DNA from: Blastocladiella emersonii ATCC 22665 | Lineage: Eukaryota > Fungi > Blastocladiomycota | Assembly: GCA_025594325.1 (NCBI GenBank) | Contig: JANHCV010000010.1 | Span: forward strand, 558,001 to 622,000 | Direction of reading: 5' to 3' | Length of the DNA stretch: 64,000 nucleotides | Part shown: positions 9,641 to 18,455 of the stretch, piece by piece | Layout of the letters: every line of letters begins with the position of its first letter | Position numbering within the stretch: the first letter of the stretch is position 1 | Program-made: the position numbers and the translations under genes | The notes under the pieces: generated by a model | What the model saw: the letters and a program-made list of their open reading frames with translations, nothing else | What the model was told of the DNA's origin: nothing | Database searches by the model: none

Positions 9641-11419
9641 ATGGTCAAGAATTTGTTTAACATCTCAAATACTGCGTCTCCAACCGTGTCTGCCACAGGG
9701 GTCCAGGACGTGTCCAAGGCCTACGTTGATGCGGCCATCAGTGCCGTGTACGCCACGGTCGGCGCACCCATTGCTGGCCCTGGCGTGGCAGTCTCAGGGA
9801 CCACTGTCTCGGCCAAGGTCGACGACCAGACCCTTGGCGTGGGCGCAGCAGGGCTCTATGTCAAGTCGGTTGGCACGGCACAGCTGCTCCTGGCCAGCGT
9901 CACGGCCAACAAGGTTGCCACAATTACAGCAGGGCAGGTCACAGGCAAGCTTGTCGATGCTCAGCTGGACACTGTGTCTGCGTCCAAGGTCGCGTCCATG
10001 TCCGGGTCCAAGCTTGTGGCAGGCACAGTCGGCACGGCGGCTCTCGTTGACCTGGCAGTCACAGATGCCAAGGTCGCGTCTGTGTCTGGGTCCAAGCTGG
10101 TTGCAGGGACTATTGGGACGGGAGCCCTGGCAGACGGTGCCGTATCAAACGCCAAACTGGCAGCTGGCATCGACGGGTCCAAGCTGGCAGCGGGCACAGT
10201 CGGCTCCCTGGTCCTGGCAGACGCGGCCGTGACCAACGCCAAGCTGGCAACTGGCATTGATGGGGCCAAGCTCAACGTCGGGTCCATTGGATCATCCCAC
10301 CTGGCAGCAGGTGCAGTTACGGACGCCAAGGTTGCGGACGTGTCGGCGGTCAAGCTCACTGGGATCCTTGACCCTGCCCGCATTGCCGACGGGACCCTGA
10401 CCAACGCCAAGCTGGCATCTGGCATTGACTCGGCCAAGCTCGCAGGGACCATTGACCTGGCACAACTCCCCGACGTCTTGGCCAAGGTCACGGCCGTGAG
10501 CGCAGCCTCGGTCACTGGCACGCTCCCCCAGTCCACCCTTGGGCTTGGCGCTGCCTTTGCCTTTGCGAATACAACGGACAGTTTGACATCAAGCACTGGA
10601 GCAGTCACCATTGCTGGTGGTCTTGGAGTTGGCAAGCAACTGACTGTACCCAACATCCTGGTCCGGAATGCCACAAGCGCGAACCTTGTCTTTGACTCAG
10701 GTGCCAATACATTGACGTACGTTGACTTTAAGCAGGCAGGCGTACTGCGAAGCAACCTGGCATGCACAGCGGCGGGTAACATTGAGATTGCGTCTGCGAC
10801 CACAGGCGGGGTCTCCCTCGTGGCAGGTGGCAGCAACGTGGTCGTGGGCTTGGCGACGCTTGGCACAGAAAAGCTCTGTGTCAATGGCACTGGTCGCTTC
10901 ACAGGGCAGCTCACCCTTGACCTCGCTCCAGTGGCAGGCACCAACGCAGCAAACAAGGCGTACGTTGACTTGCGGTCCGGCATGACCCAGTACGCCGCTC
11001 AGGCCGAGCACCACTCTACAAACGGAGTGACCACGGGCGGCAAGATCATTGGCGGCACAGCATTGACGGGCCCGGCCACCTTTGCGTTCCAGTCCACGGC
11101 GGGCGCGTTCACATCTGTGATCAATGGATGTGTCAAACCCCCTGTCAGTGGCTACTACCTCGTCCATGCAAAGGGCTACTACGCAAACGGCGCGCTCCCT
11201 GGAGCCCACACTGTGAACTTTGCGCTGTACAATATGACGGACATGATTGCAGTGTTGCTTGTCACTGGGTGCCGCGCTGAAGGCAACGTCCAGTTCCTTC
11301 AGTTCTCGAGCATTGAGTACCTTGACGCGGCCAAGAGCTACTCTTTCATCTGGATCCCGTTGGTCGCAATTGCCAACGACTGCCAGGTCATCATTCAAAG
11401 CCACTGGACCCTGCTCTAA
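9641..11419 (+). CDS. Putative virion fibre/receptor-binding protein (592 aa)
   Basis: KAYVD tail-fibre motifs twice, ~8 AVT(D/N)AKLA..IDG.KL repeats, C-terminal GCVKPPVSGYYLVHA segment resembling a C1q/TNF-like head; TGTTG-N8-TAAAC before ATG 9641. Confidence 0.65.
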   Translation: MVKNLFNISNTASPTVSATGVQDVSKAYVDAAISAVYATVGAPIAGPGVAVSGTTVSAKVDDQTLGVGAAGLYVKSVGTAQLLLASVTANKVATITAGQVTGKLVDAQLDTVSASKVASMSGSKLVAGTVGTAALVDLAVTDAKVASVSGSKLVAGTIGTGALADGAVSNAKLAAGIDGSKLAAGTVGSLVLADAAVTNAKLATGIDGAKLNVGSIGSSHLAAGAVTDAKVADVSAVKLTGILDPARIADGTLTNAKLASGIDSAKLAGTIDLAQLPDVLAKVTAVSAASVTGTLPQSTLGLGAAFAFANTTDSLTSSTGAVTIAGGLGVGKQLTVPNILVRNATSANLVFDSGANTLTYVDFKQAGVLRSNLACTAAGNIEIASATTGGVSLVAGGSNVVVGLATLGTEKLCVNGTGRFTGQLTLDLAPVAGTNAANKAYVDLRSGMTQYAAQAEHHSTNGVTTGGKIIGGTALTGPATFAFQSTAGAFTSVINGCVKPPVSGYYLVHAKGYYANGALPGAHTVNFALYNMTDMIAVLLVTGCRAEGNVQFLQFSSIEYLDAAKSYSFIWIPLVAIANDCQVIIQSHWTLL

Positions 11420-11445
11420 AGCCCGCGGTCCCACTTTTCTTGGAC

Positions 11446-12528
11446 TCAGACTGGGACGCGCCTGACCCGGGTCGAGGGCTCCCTTGGCGTGACCGGGGTG
11501 CGCGCAGCAGGGAGCCTTGGAAGACTTGGACCTACGCGCTGCCTTGTTGGCGGGTCCTGGGTCGCTGTGACTGGCTGGACGTCGCTTCGAGGGTAGAAGC
11601 CCTTGAGGCCTTGGACCTTGTAGCTTGGATTGCTCACGCCCGACCCCTTGCGCACAACCTGGACCTGGCTCACGGTTGGCGACCAGACTGGCTTCCCCTT
11701 GGCCTCCATGGCAGTCTTGTACGGCTCGCGGACTCGGACCTGGGTCCCTACCTCCAGCAACGCGCTCAGAGGGTCGCCCTCGGGCTTGCCTTTGGCAGCT
11801 CGGATTGCCTTGAGCTCTTCCTTGGCCGTTTCGCGGGGCATGTCATAGAACTCGTTGGGCGCCCTGCCCGCGGCCCTCGACTTGCTGCTGTTGATCACAG
11901 ATTCAATGGTCTCGAGGTGCTTGGGCCAGTCGTTGTTGCCCGGGATGGACAGCCACGGTGTGAGCATCCGGCGGATGGTCCCGTTCATATGCTCAACGAC
12001 ACCTTGACCATATGGCACTCCTGCCTTGCCCTTGATGTGCTTGGCCTCAGTCCCGGCCTCTATGCCAAAGAACTTGGTCCCATTGTCCGTCTGGATTGTG
12101 GCAGGTGCAAGGCTGTGCTTGGCGACCACGCTGGACCATGCTTCCCACGTCTTGTCCTTGGTCTTGATGGGTTGGAGGTAGACGCGGCGGCTCGCCAGGT
12201 CAACACACGTGAGAATGTAACGGAAGCCCTTGTACGTACCGTTTTCGCCCATGTCAATGAGGTCGAGCTGAAAGTTGCGGCCAGGACTTGTTGAGTTGAT
12301 GCTTCAAATGTCTCGGCGCTTCTGAGGTGCGCGTTTGTACTGCTGCCACACAGACTGTTCGCCGAGCCATCTCTCAAGCTGGGCGCGGTAGATGTGCTTC
12401 CCTGTGTTCACTCTGGACACAATGTCAAAGAGCCGACGGATGCCAACACCTATGTGGCTGTGCTTGTAGTACAAGTCTGTCAGGAATGCTTGCTGTGCGT
12501 CTGTGAGCGGCTCTTTGTGGGCATACAT
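11446..12528 (-). pseudogene. rve (retroviral-type) integrase with one in-frame TGA at 12304-12306
   Basis: ORFs 12304-12528 and 11446-12252 are one frame: ...KRRDI*SINSTSPGRNFQLDLIDM...YILTCVDLASR...IQTDNGTKF...GVVEHMNGTIRR (D,D,E triad). Confidence 0.88.
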
Positions 12529-12556
12529 TGTATTAACAAAGGCGGAGACAAAAGGA

Positions 12557-13699
12557 TTACTGAGGCGTCATGTAGTAGGTCAGGGCAACAGGGACGCTGT
12601 GACCCATCTCGTGTGCGCGGTCAGCAATAGCTTGCTGCGCGGCAAAGTTCTTGCTGGTGGAGATGCGGCGGATCACTGCCACGCCGCCATCCTCAAAGCC
12701 AACTGTCTCTGCAGCCCAGTGAATTGACTTGCACCAGGTGTTGCTAACCCTCTTGCGGAGCATGGTGTCCTTGAGCTCCTCGCGGGTGTAGTTGTTGAAG
12801 ACAAAGTCATGGCCTTTGGCAAGACGCTGGGCAATGATACGCTTGAGAGCGGCGGCGACCTTGGGCTCACTAACTGTGTGCGAGAAGTTGTAGCCACAGC
12901 CCTCTGTCTTGACAATGACATCGCCGGCCAGAATCTGGGTCTCTGGGTCATAGTACAGGTACCCAGTGATTGGCTTTGTGGTCAGGAACGCGGGGTCGCT
13001 GCGCACTGCACTCACGACTTGGAGGTACAGACGCAGAAGCCCCGTGCCCGAGTCCCAGCCCTTTGCATCAACAATAGCAGTGCGAATGGCGTCACGGCTC
13101 AGGAGCGCACCAGACTCAAGTTCCTTGCGCGCATCATGGAAGTCAGCAGCGTCCTGCTTCTTGGCCTCTGTGTACTTGGCCCCGAGTTCAGGCTGACCAT
13201 TCCAGGTGCAGTACTTGGCCAGGGCCTTGAGCGTCTCAACCTGCAGCCCCTGCTCGCCCTTGGACGCGCGGTACGCTGCCACAGCTATGGACACGGCGTC
13301 AACGTCTTCAATGTCCATGCCCGACTTGGCAAAGGCACAGAGCACGCGGGATGTCTTGGCCTTGTCCGTGTCGCTCAGCTCAACCAGTTTCCCGTGCTTG
13401 TTCTGAACACGCGCGTTGACGCACGCCGCAATGGATTCCTCGGTCATCTGCGCGTACTTGACCTGGGGGTCAGTGTCCATGGGCTCGCCAGACTTGTTGA
13501 CGGGGGTGTGATTGGGACGGTGATTGCAGTTACGTGACACTGCAGCCAGCGCGGCGAGGCTGGTCTCAACTCCCTTGAGCCGCTTGTCAAAGGATGCCAG
13601 CAGCGGCTTGATACCATCAAGCACTTGGTGCACTACATCGGTGGCAAAGTGCTGAGCGAGGGCAATGGCGACCTGGGAGGCAAGAGAGTCAAGCGCCAT
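12557..13699 (-). CDS. Tyrosine recombinase (PLV/virophage-type), 380 aa
   Basis: Catalytic layout R (SAVRSD), K (VKTEG), IRR, MGHS, TYY at the extreme C-terminus. Confidence 0.68.
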   Translation of the reverse strand: MALDSLASQVAIALAQHFATDVVHQVLDGIKPLLASFDKRLKGVETSLAALAAVSRNCNHRPNHTPVNKSGEPMDTDPQVKYAQMTEESIAACVNARVQNKHGKLVELSDTDKAKTSRVLCAFAKSGMDIEDVDAVSIAVAAYRASKGEQGLQVETLKALAKYCTWNGQPELGAKYTEAKKQDAADFHDARKELESGALLSRDAIRTAIVDAKGWDSGTGLLRLYLQVVSAVRSDPAFLTTKPITGYLYYDPETQILAGDVIVKTEGCGYNFSHTVSEPKVAAALKRIIAQRLAKGHDFVFNNYTREELKDTMLRKRVSNTWCKSIHWAAETVGFEDGGVAVIRRISTSKNFAAQQAIADRAHEMGHSVPVALTYYMTPQ

Positions 13700-13739
13700 G
13701 GTTTACTGACTGTCAACAAAAAGGCTCCATGGGTTCAAG

Positions 13740-13753
13740 TGCGTTTGAACGCA
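13740..13753. promoter_or_regulatory. Palindromic site TGCGTT-TG-AACGCA ~41 bp upstream of the tyrosine recombinase ATG
   Basis: Near copy of the 14379-14392 palindrome at the same distance from the opposite divergent start codon. Confidence 0.55.
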
Positions 13754-13823
13754 ACGTTCTTTTTTCTGGGTAGCTGGGCCTGGGTCAGGGTCATGATGGT
13801 GGCAAGTCATGGACTGTGGGAGG

Positions 13824-14258
13824 GCCCAGGTCACGGTTTGAGAGGTTTGTGACCTCGGACCCTACTGGCTCCCAAGTCGGGAGCATGGGGGGTCCGTGAC
13901 TTTGCCCTCAGTCGCTGCCCAGGTCACGGTTCAAGGATTGTGACCTGAGACGCGATTGGCTCCCAAGTTGGGCTCCTGGGGGGGTCCGTGACTTTGCCCT
14001 CAGTCGCTGCCCAGGTCACGGTTCAAGGATTGTGACCTGAGACGCGATTGGCTCCCAAGTTGGGCTCCTGGGGGGTCCGTGACTTTGCCCTCAGTCGCTG
14101 CCCAGGTCACGGTTCAAGGATCGTGACCTGAGACGCGATTGGCTCCCAAGTTGGGCTCCTGGGGGGGTCTGTGACTTTGCCCTCAGTTGCTGCCCAGGTC
14201 ACGGTTCAAGGATCGTGACCTGAGACGCGATTGGTTCCCAAGTCGGGCTCATGGGGGA
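13824..14258. repeat. Tandem array of a 91-92-bp unit (4 full copies plus a degenerate one) with internal inverted repeats
   Basis: GTGACTTTGCCC recurs at 13896, 13988, 14079, 14171; each unit has CAGGTCAC-N12-GTGACCTG and CCCAA-G-TTGGG. Confidence 0.92.
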
Positions 14259-14378
14259 GGTCGTGTCTGGGTCAGGGTCAGGTCACGCAAGGGCAGCTGG
14301 GCCTGGGTCAGGACAGTGGCAAGTCATGGGCCATGCCAACAAGGGCTCCCGGGTCACAGCCATTAACGCTAAATCCTG

Positions 14379-14392
14379 TGCGTTTAAACGCA
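14379..14392. promoter_or_regulatory. Perfect palindrome TGCGTTTAAACGCA ~40 bp upstream of the primase-helicase ATG
   Basis: Part of the 16-bp palindrome GTGCGTTTAAACGCAC (14378-14393); mirrors 13740-13753. Confidence 0.55.
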
Positions 14393-14431
14393 CCTGTCCT
14401 GTCACCTTTTCTGTTACCTCATCATAACAAC

Positions 14432-17400
14432 ATGCCTTGCAAGCAGGTTCCCAGTAAATATGGCACCGCCTTTGGTCTCAAGTGGTACCGTGGCAAGGAC
14501 GGCGGCGACAGCGACATGGGCCCTCAGCGCACGCTCTTGTCTGAGCTGCAAGACAACGAGACGGTCATCAAGCACCTCGTTGACAAGGGCGTTGACAAAA
14601 ATGGCCATCCCATTGCAGCACACTACTTTGCCAAGGTCAAGACAGCTGACCTGGCCGGGCTCCTTGACAAGAACCGCTGCATCCAGGAGATGGTCCACCC
14701 TGAGCGCCTGTCCAAGGTCTACTTTGACATTGACTGCCCAGGCAACCGCAAGGACGTGACCCTGGACGTCATCAAGAAGGTCATCCTGGCCCAGTTCCCC
14801 GGCGCCAACCTCCAGGTATGTGGCTACGAGACGGACCTCAAAAAGTCGTGGCACATTGTCATCAGCAACTACATGGTCACGCTCAAGGACATGCCGTTCC
14901 TGAAGCTGTTCTGCAGCCACCCTGACCACGTGAAGCTTGGCTTTGACTCCAGCGTGTACAGCAAGCACCGCTTCATGAAGTGCATCAACCAGTCCAAGCC
15001 CAAGAAGACGCCCGGCGTGTGGATCTCAGGTAACAAGGACCGCCTGTCCAAGCACTTGATCCAGTGCGACTTTGACCCCAACTGCGCGTCGGTCTCGGAC
15101 CTGTCCTTTGAAGAGTTTGTGACTGCCAAGGCCAAGGAAGCGCGGACCAAGCGCCACGCGGGTCGCCTCGACTACGACCTTGACATCCCCGAGTTCAAGG
15201 ACGTGCAGATCAACCCCGACTTCTTCTACTACAACGCCACGCCACTCGAGATCCTCCACAACATCCCCATCAGCCCCGAGAACGCGTTCCACAACAACGT
15301 GACCTGGCGGATCATGACATGGGCCATGCGCAAAGGGGTCACATTTGACCAGTTCTGGGCGTGGACGTCGCAGCAGGACAACTCGGCTCAGGGCATGCAA
15401 AAGTACTGGGACCGATGGAACGAGATTGCCAGCAACAACAACTACCAGGTGCTGGACACGTTTGTCAAGGCCATCTTCTACAAGCGGTTCCCAGCTGCGT
15501 TCAAGTCCAAGGCCATGGCCAAGTTTGAGCAGTCGCTTGAGGTACTGGTGGACGTGACCAGCCCCAACCAGTTCCTGCCCTGCAACGACATTACCCTGGC
15601 CAAGTTCAACGTGCTGGCCACAGGCATGGGCTCCAACAAGACGGGCGCTGTTTGCGACTACATTGCCAAGTACCCAGACGCTCGAGTGGTCTGGATTACA
15701 CCTCACATCACCCTGGCCCACAACACCGAGGGTCGAGCCCGCGAACAGAAGCTTGGCTTTGTCAACTACCGCAGCATCAAGGACAAGAAGACACTGGGGG
15801 ATCACAAGCGACTCATTGTCTCGCCGTGCTCGCTGCACTACTTGACCAAGCCCTACAACATTGTTGTGGTGGACGAGTCTGAGACGGTCCTCAAGATGTT
15901 CCAGGACGCCAAGTTGCACACAACCACCATTTGCAACAACCTCGAGGCCAACCTCAAGGCCTTCAAGACGCTGTGCAAGCACAAGGGCAGCAAGGGTATC
16001 TTCATGGACGCGTTTGTCACAAACCTGACCATGGACGTCCTCTGCTCCTTTACTGTTGAGCACAACATCAAGACCATACTCCATGGTAAGATCAAGGTGA
16101 TCACAAACACGCTCGGCAAGAATTTTGAGCCGCGCAAGATGAGCCTCATCACCGACAACAAGGACAACGAGAAGTCCGCCGAAGACATCATGGAGAGCAA
16201 CATCATTGCCAACCTCAAGGCCAACAAGAAGCTCTAGCTCTTCCTCCCACGACCATGCAAGAAGTCAACCAAGTGGTTGGTGCAGACCTTTGGCGAGTAC
16301 CTCGAGCGGGTCTTTGCCAAGGAGACGTGGAAGATTGGCAAGCAGATCAAGCTCTACCACGGCGACCGCCCCAACCACGAAGACAAGGAACTCATTGACC
16401 CTGACTCTGTGTGGGGCGACGATACGGTCCGTATAGTCATTGCCAACCTCAAGATCACTGTGGGGGTCAACTTTTTGAAGCCAGACGTCTTCCACAAGGT
16501 GTACGCGCGCTACAAGTCCTGGGTCCCTGCCCGCGACTTCTTCCAGGCAATCTACCGCGTGCGCTACCCCATTGACAACGAGATCGTGTTCATGATCAGC
16601 AATGGTTGCCACGGCGCGTACATGAACAAGTTACAGGTCAATGACTCGGACTCGGTCGGCAAACTTCACCGGGCTATTGTCAAGAACACGGATCTTGAGA
16701 ACGAGATGGCCGCTGTGACCTTCTGCCTCAAGGTCTTTGACGCCTTCCGCAAGGTCGCCAACATTGTCATGGACGACTCCCCCGAGTACTACTACAAGGC
16801 GCACCCCAAGATTAAGGATGTCATGACGTCGGGCTGGTCTTTCGAATGGGCAAACGTCCAGCCACCATCCAAGGAGCTCATGCGTGCCTACTGCAAAGGT
16901 ACCATCAAGGACCCGGACTGGACCATCTCCCTCTCCGTCCGCAAGGCCTTCTTCATCTGCAAGTTCAATGGTCTGAGCATGGACAACATGAAGATCATCT
17001 GGGACGACAACGCGGAGAGCTTCATGGAGCGTATCCAGCACTTTTACACCAAGGACAAGGGCCACGTCCTGCACAAGCTCCTGGAACACAACGACATGGA
17101 CCTCCGCACGTCCGAGGAGTTCAACATCCAGGCCACCATCCCCGCCAAGTTTGAAGCAGACATCCACAAGTACTTCAAGAAGCTTGGGTATTACAAGTGT
17201 GACACAGCAACAGTCCTAAACAGGCTTCTCGGCACCTACTTTAACAAGTGCCTTGCTGTGCCAGACAAGGACAAACCCCGGGTCTCAGTACGCGGCAAGA
17301 AGTACAGTAACCTGAAGTGGACAGACGACATTCTGTACTTTGTCATGTACAAGACCTGGAACCGACCCCCAGCCAATTTGGCGCTGTTTGTCCTGGAGAT

Positions 17401-17443
17401 GGACGAGGACGAGGACGACAACGAGGACAACAACGAGCTCTAA
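14432..17443 (+). pseudogene. Fused AEP primase / PriCT-2-like / UL9-like SF2 helicase (~1003 codons) with one in-frame TAG at 16235-16237
   Basis: AEP motifs KVYFDID, KKSWHIV, FDSSVYSKHR; helicase motifs GMGSNKT, WITPHITLAHN, VVVDESE, FMDAF, ITVGVNF, FQAIYRVR; ORFs 14231-16237 and 16277-17443 share one frame. Confidence 0.8.
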
Positions 17444-17616
17444 GACACTCCATGACCTGCCACGCTGCCTTCCTGCCTGCTAAGACGCTGCCTGCTAAGA
17501 CGCTCCCCTGCCTTGACCTTGTACCTTGACCCCTGTCCTGCCCAATACATTGATGCTGCTAAGGACGCTCCCCCATCCTCGACCTCCCCCCGTACCCTGA
17601 CCTCTTGTCTTTGAAA

Positions 17617-17686
17617 GTCCCAAATTCATGGCAAAAAAGGGTAGTGTATATATATACTCTGCTGTTTTTTGCCATGAATTTGGGAC
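17617..17686. promoter_or_regulatory. 70-bp palindrome with AT-rich centre; candidate replication origin
   Basis: Perfect 22-bp arms GTCCCAAATTCATGGCAAAAAA / TTTTTTGCCATGAATTTGGGAC around a 26-nt core containing GTATATATATAC. Confidence 0.6.
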
Positions 17687-17728
17687 CTTTACGGTGAGCG
17701 GCTTCATAGCAGCCGCTTTGCGGCAGGT

Positions 17729-18230
17729 GGTTGGGGACGGGCTTGGGGGTCAGGTCAGGGACTCAATCATGGGTCGGCTCATAGTACATGGTCGGGGACG
17801 GGCTTGGGGGTCAGGTCAGGGACTCAATCATGGGTCGGCTCATAGTACATGGTTGGGGACGGGCTCGGGGGTCAGGTCAGGGACCAGACCAGGGAACTCT
17901 GTCAGTGGGTAGCCGCAGCTGCGCTGCTCTTTGTCTCGCTGCGCTCGCCGGCCGCCGCCAACCGCTCGGGGTAAGCAATGGTCAGCCTGAGTGGTTGGTC
18001 AGGGACGGGCTCAGGGATCTGCTCTTGGACTTGTCTTGCAGATCAACTCGCAGATCGACTCGCAGCCGTGCTCAGGGACCAGACCAGGGAACTCTGTCAG
18101 TGGGTAGCCGCAGCTGCGCTGCTCTTCGTCTCGCTGCGCTCGCCGGCCGCCGCCGACCGCTCGGGGTAAGCAATGGTCAGCCCAAGGGGTTGGTCAGGGA
18201 CTGGCTCGGGGGTCAGGTCAGGGACTCACT
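17729..18230. repeat. Subterminal repeats of the virus: 61-bp tandem unit (~2.5 copies) and ~130-bp block duplicated at 195-bp spacing
   Basis: ACTCAATC at 17761 and 17822; GGGACCAGACCAGGGAACTC at 17880 and 18075; rich in GGGTCAGGTCAGGG. Confidence 0.88.
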
Positions 18231-18301
18231 CCTCGACCACTCGCCCCCTCCCTTCCACCCACCCTCCCACCCACCTGCTTCGGCCTTCGGCCTCCGTCCG
18301 C

Positions 18302-18330
18302 ATGTCGTGTTCCCTAAGGGAACACGACAT
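18302..18330. repeat. 29-bp palindrome ATGTCGTGTTCCCT-A-AGGGAACACGACAT
   Basis: Perfect 14-bp arms with a 1-nt loop. Confidence 0.9.
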
Positions 18331-18455
18331 TTGAATCCAACATTTTATTAACCACCCAGGGTAAGCAACTGGGTCTCACGTGGTTACCCCAAGTGACTGC
18401 TGCCAACCGCTCAGGGTAAGCAATTGGTCAGCCCGAGTGGCAGTGGGTCAGCCCA

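Noticed and set aside
13824-14258. CRISPR-like repeat array
   Set aside because: Units are near-identical along their whole length with no unique spacers, there are no cas genes, and the context is eukaryotic.
11446-17443. Alternative genetic code or programmed readthrough explaining in-frame stops
   Set aside because: The two stops differ (TGA, TAG), neighbouring viral genes terminate normally at the same codons, no known readthrough context follows, and the penton lesion is a frameshift.
17788-18351. 187-aa ORF in the viral subterminal region, and the 14231 upstream extension of the primase ORF
   Set aside because: Both are translations of tandem repeats; the primase start at 14432 has the viral upstream motif.
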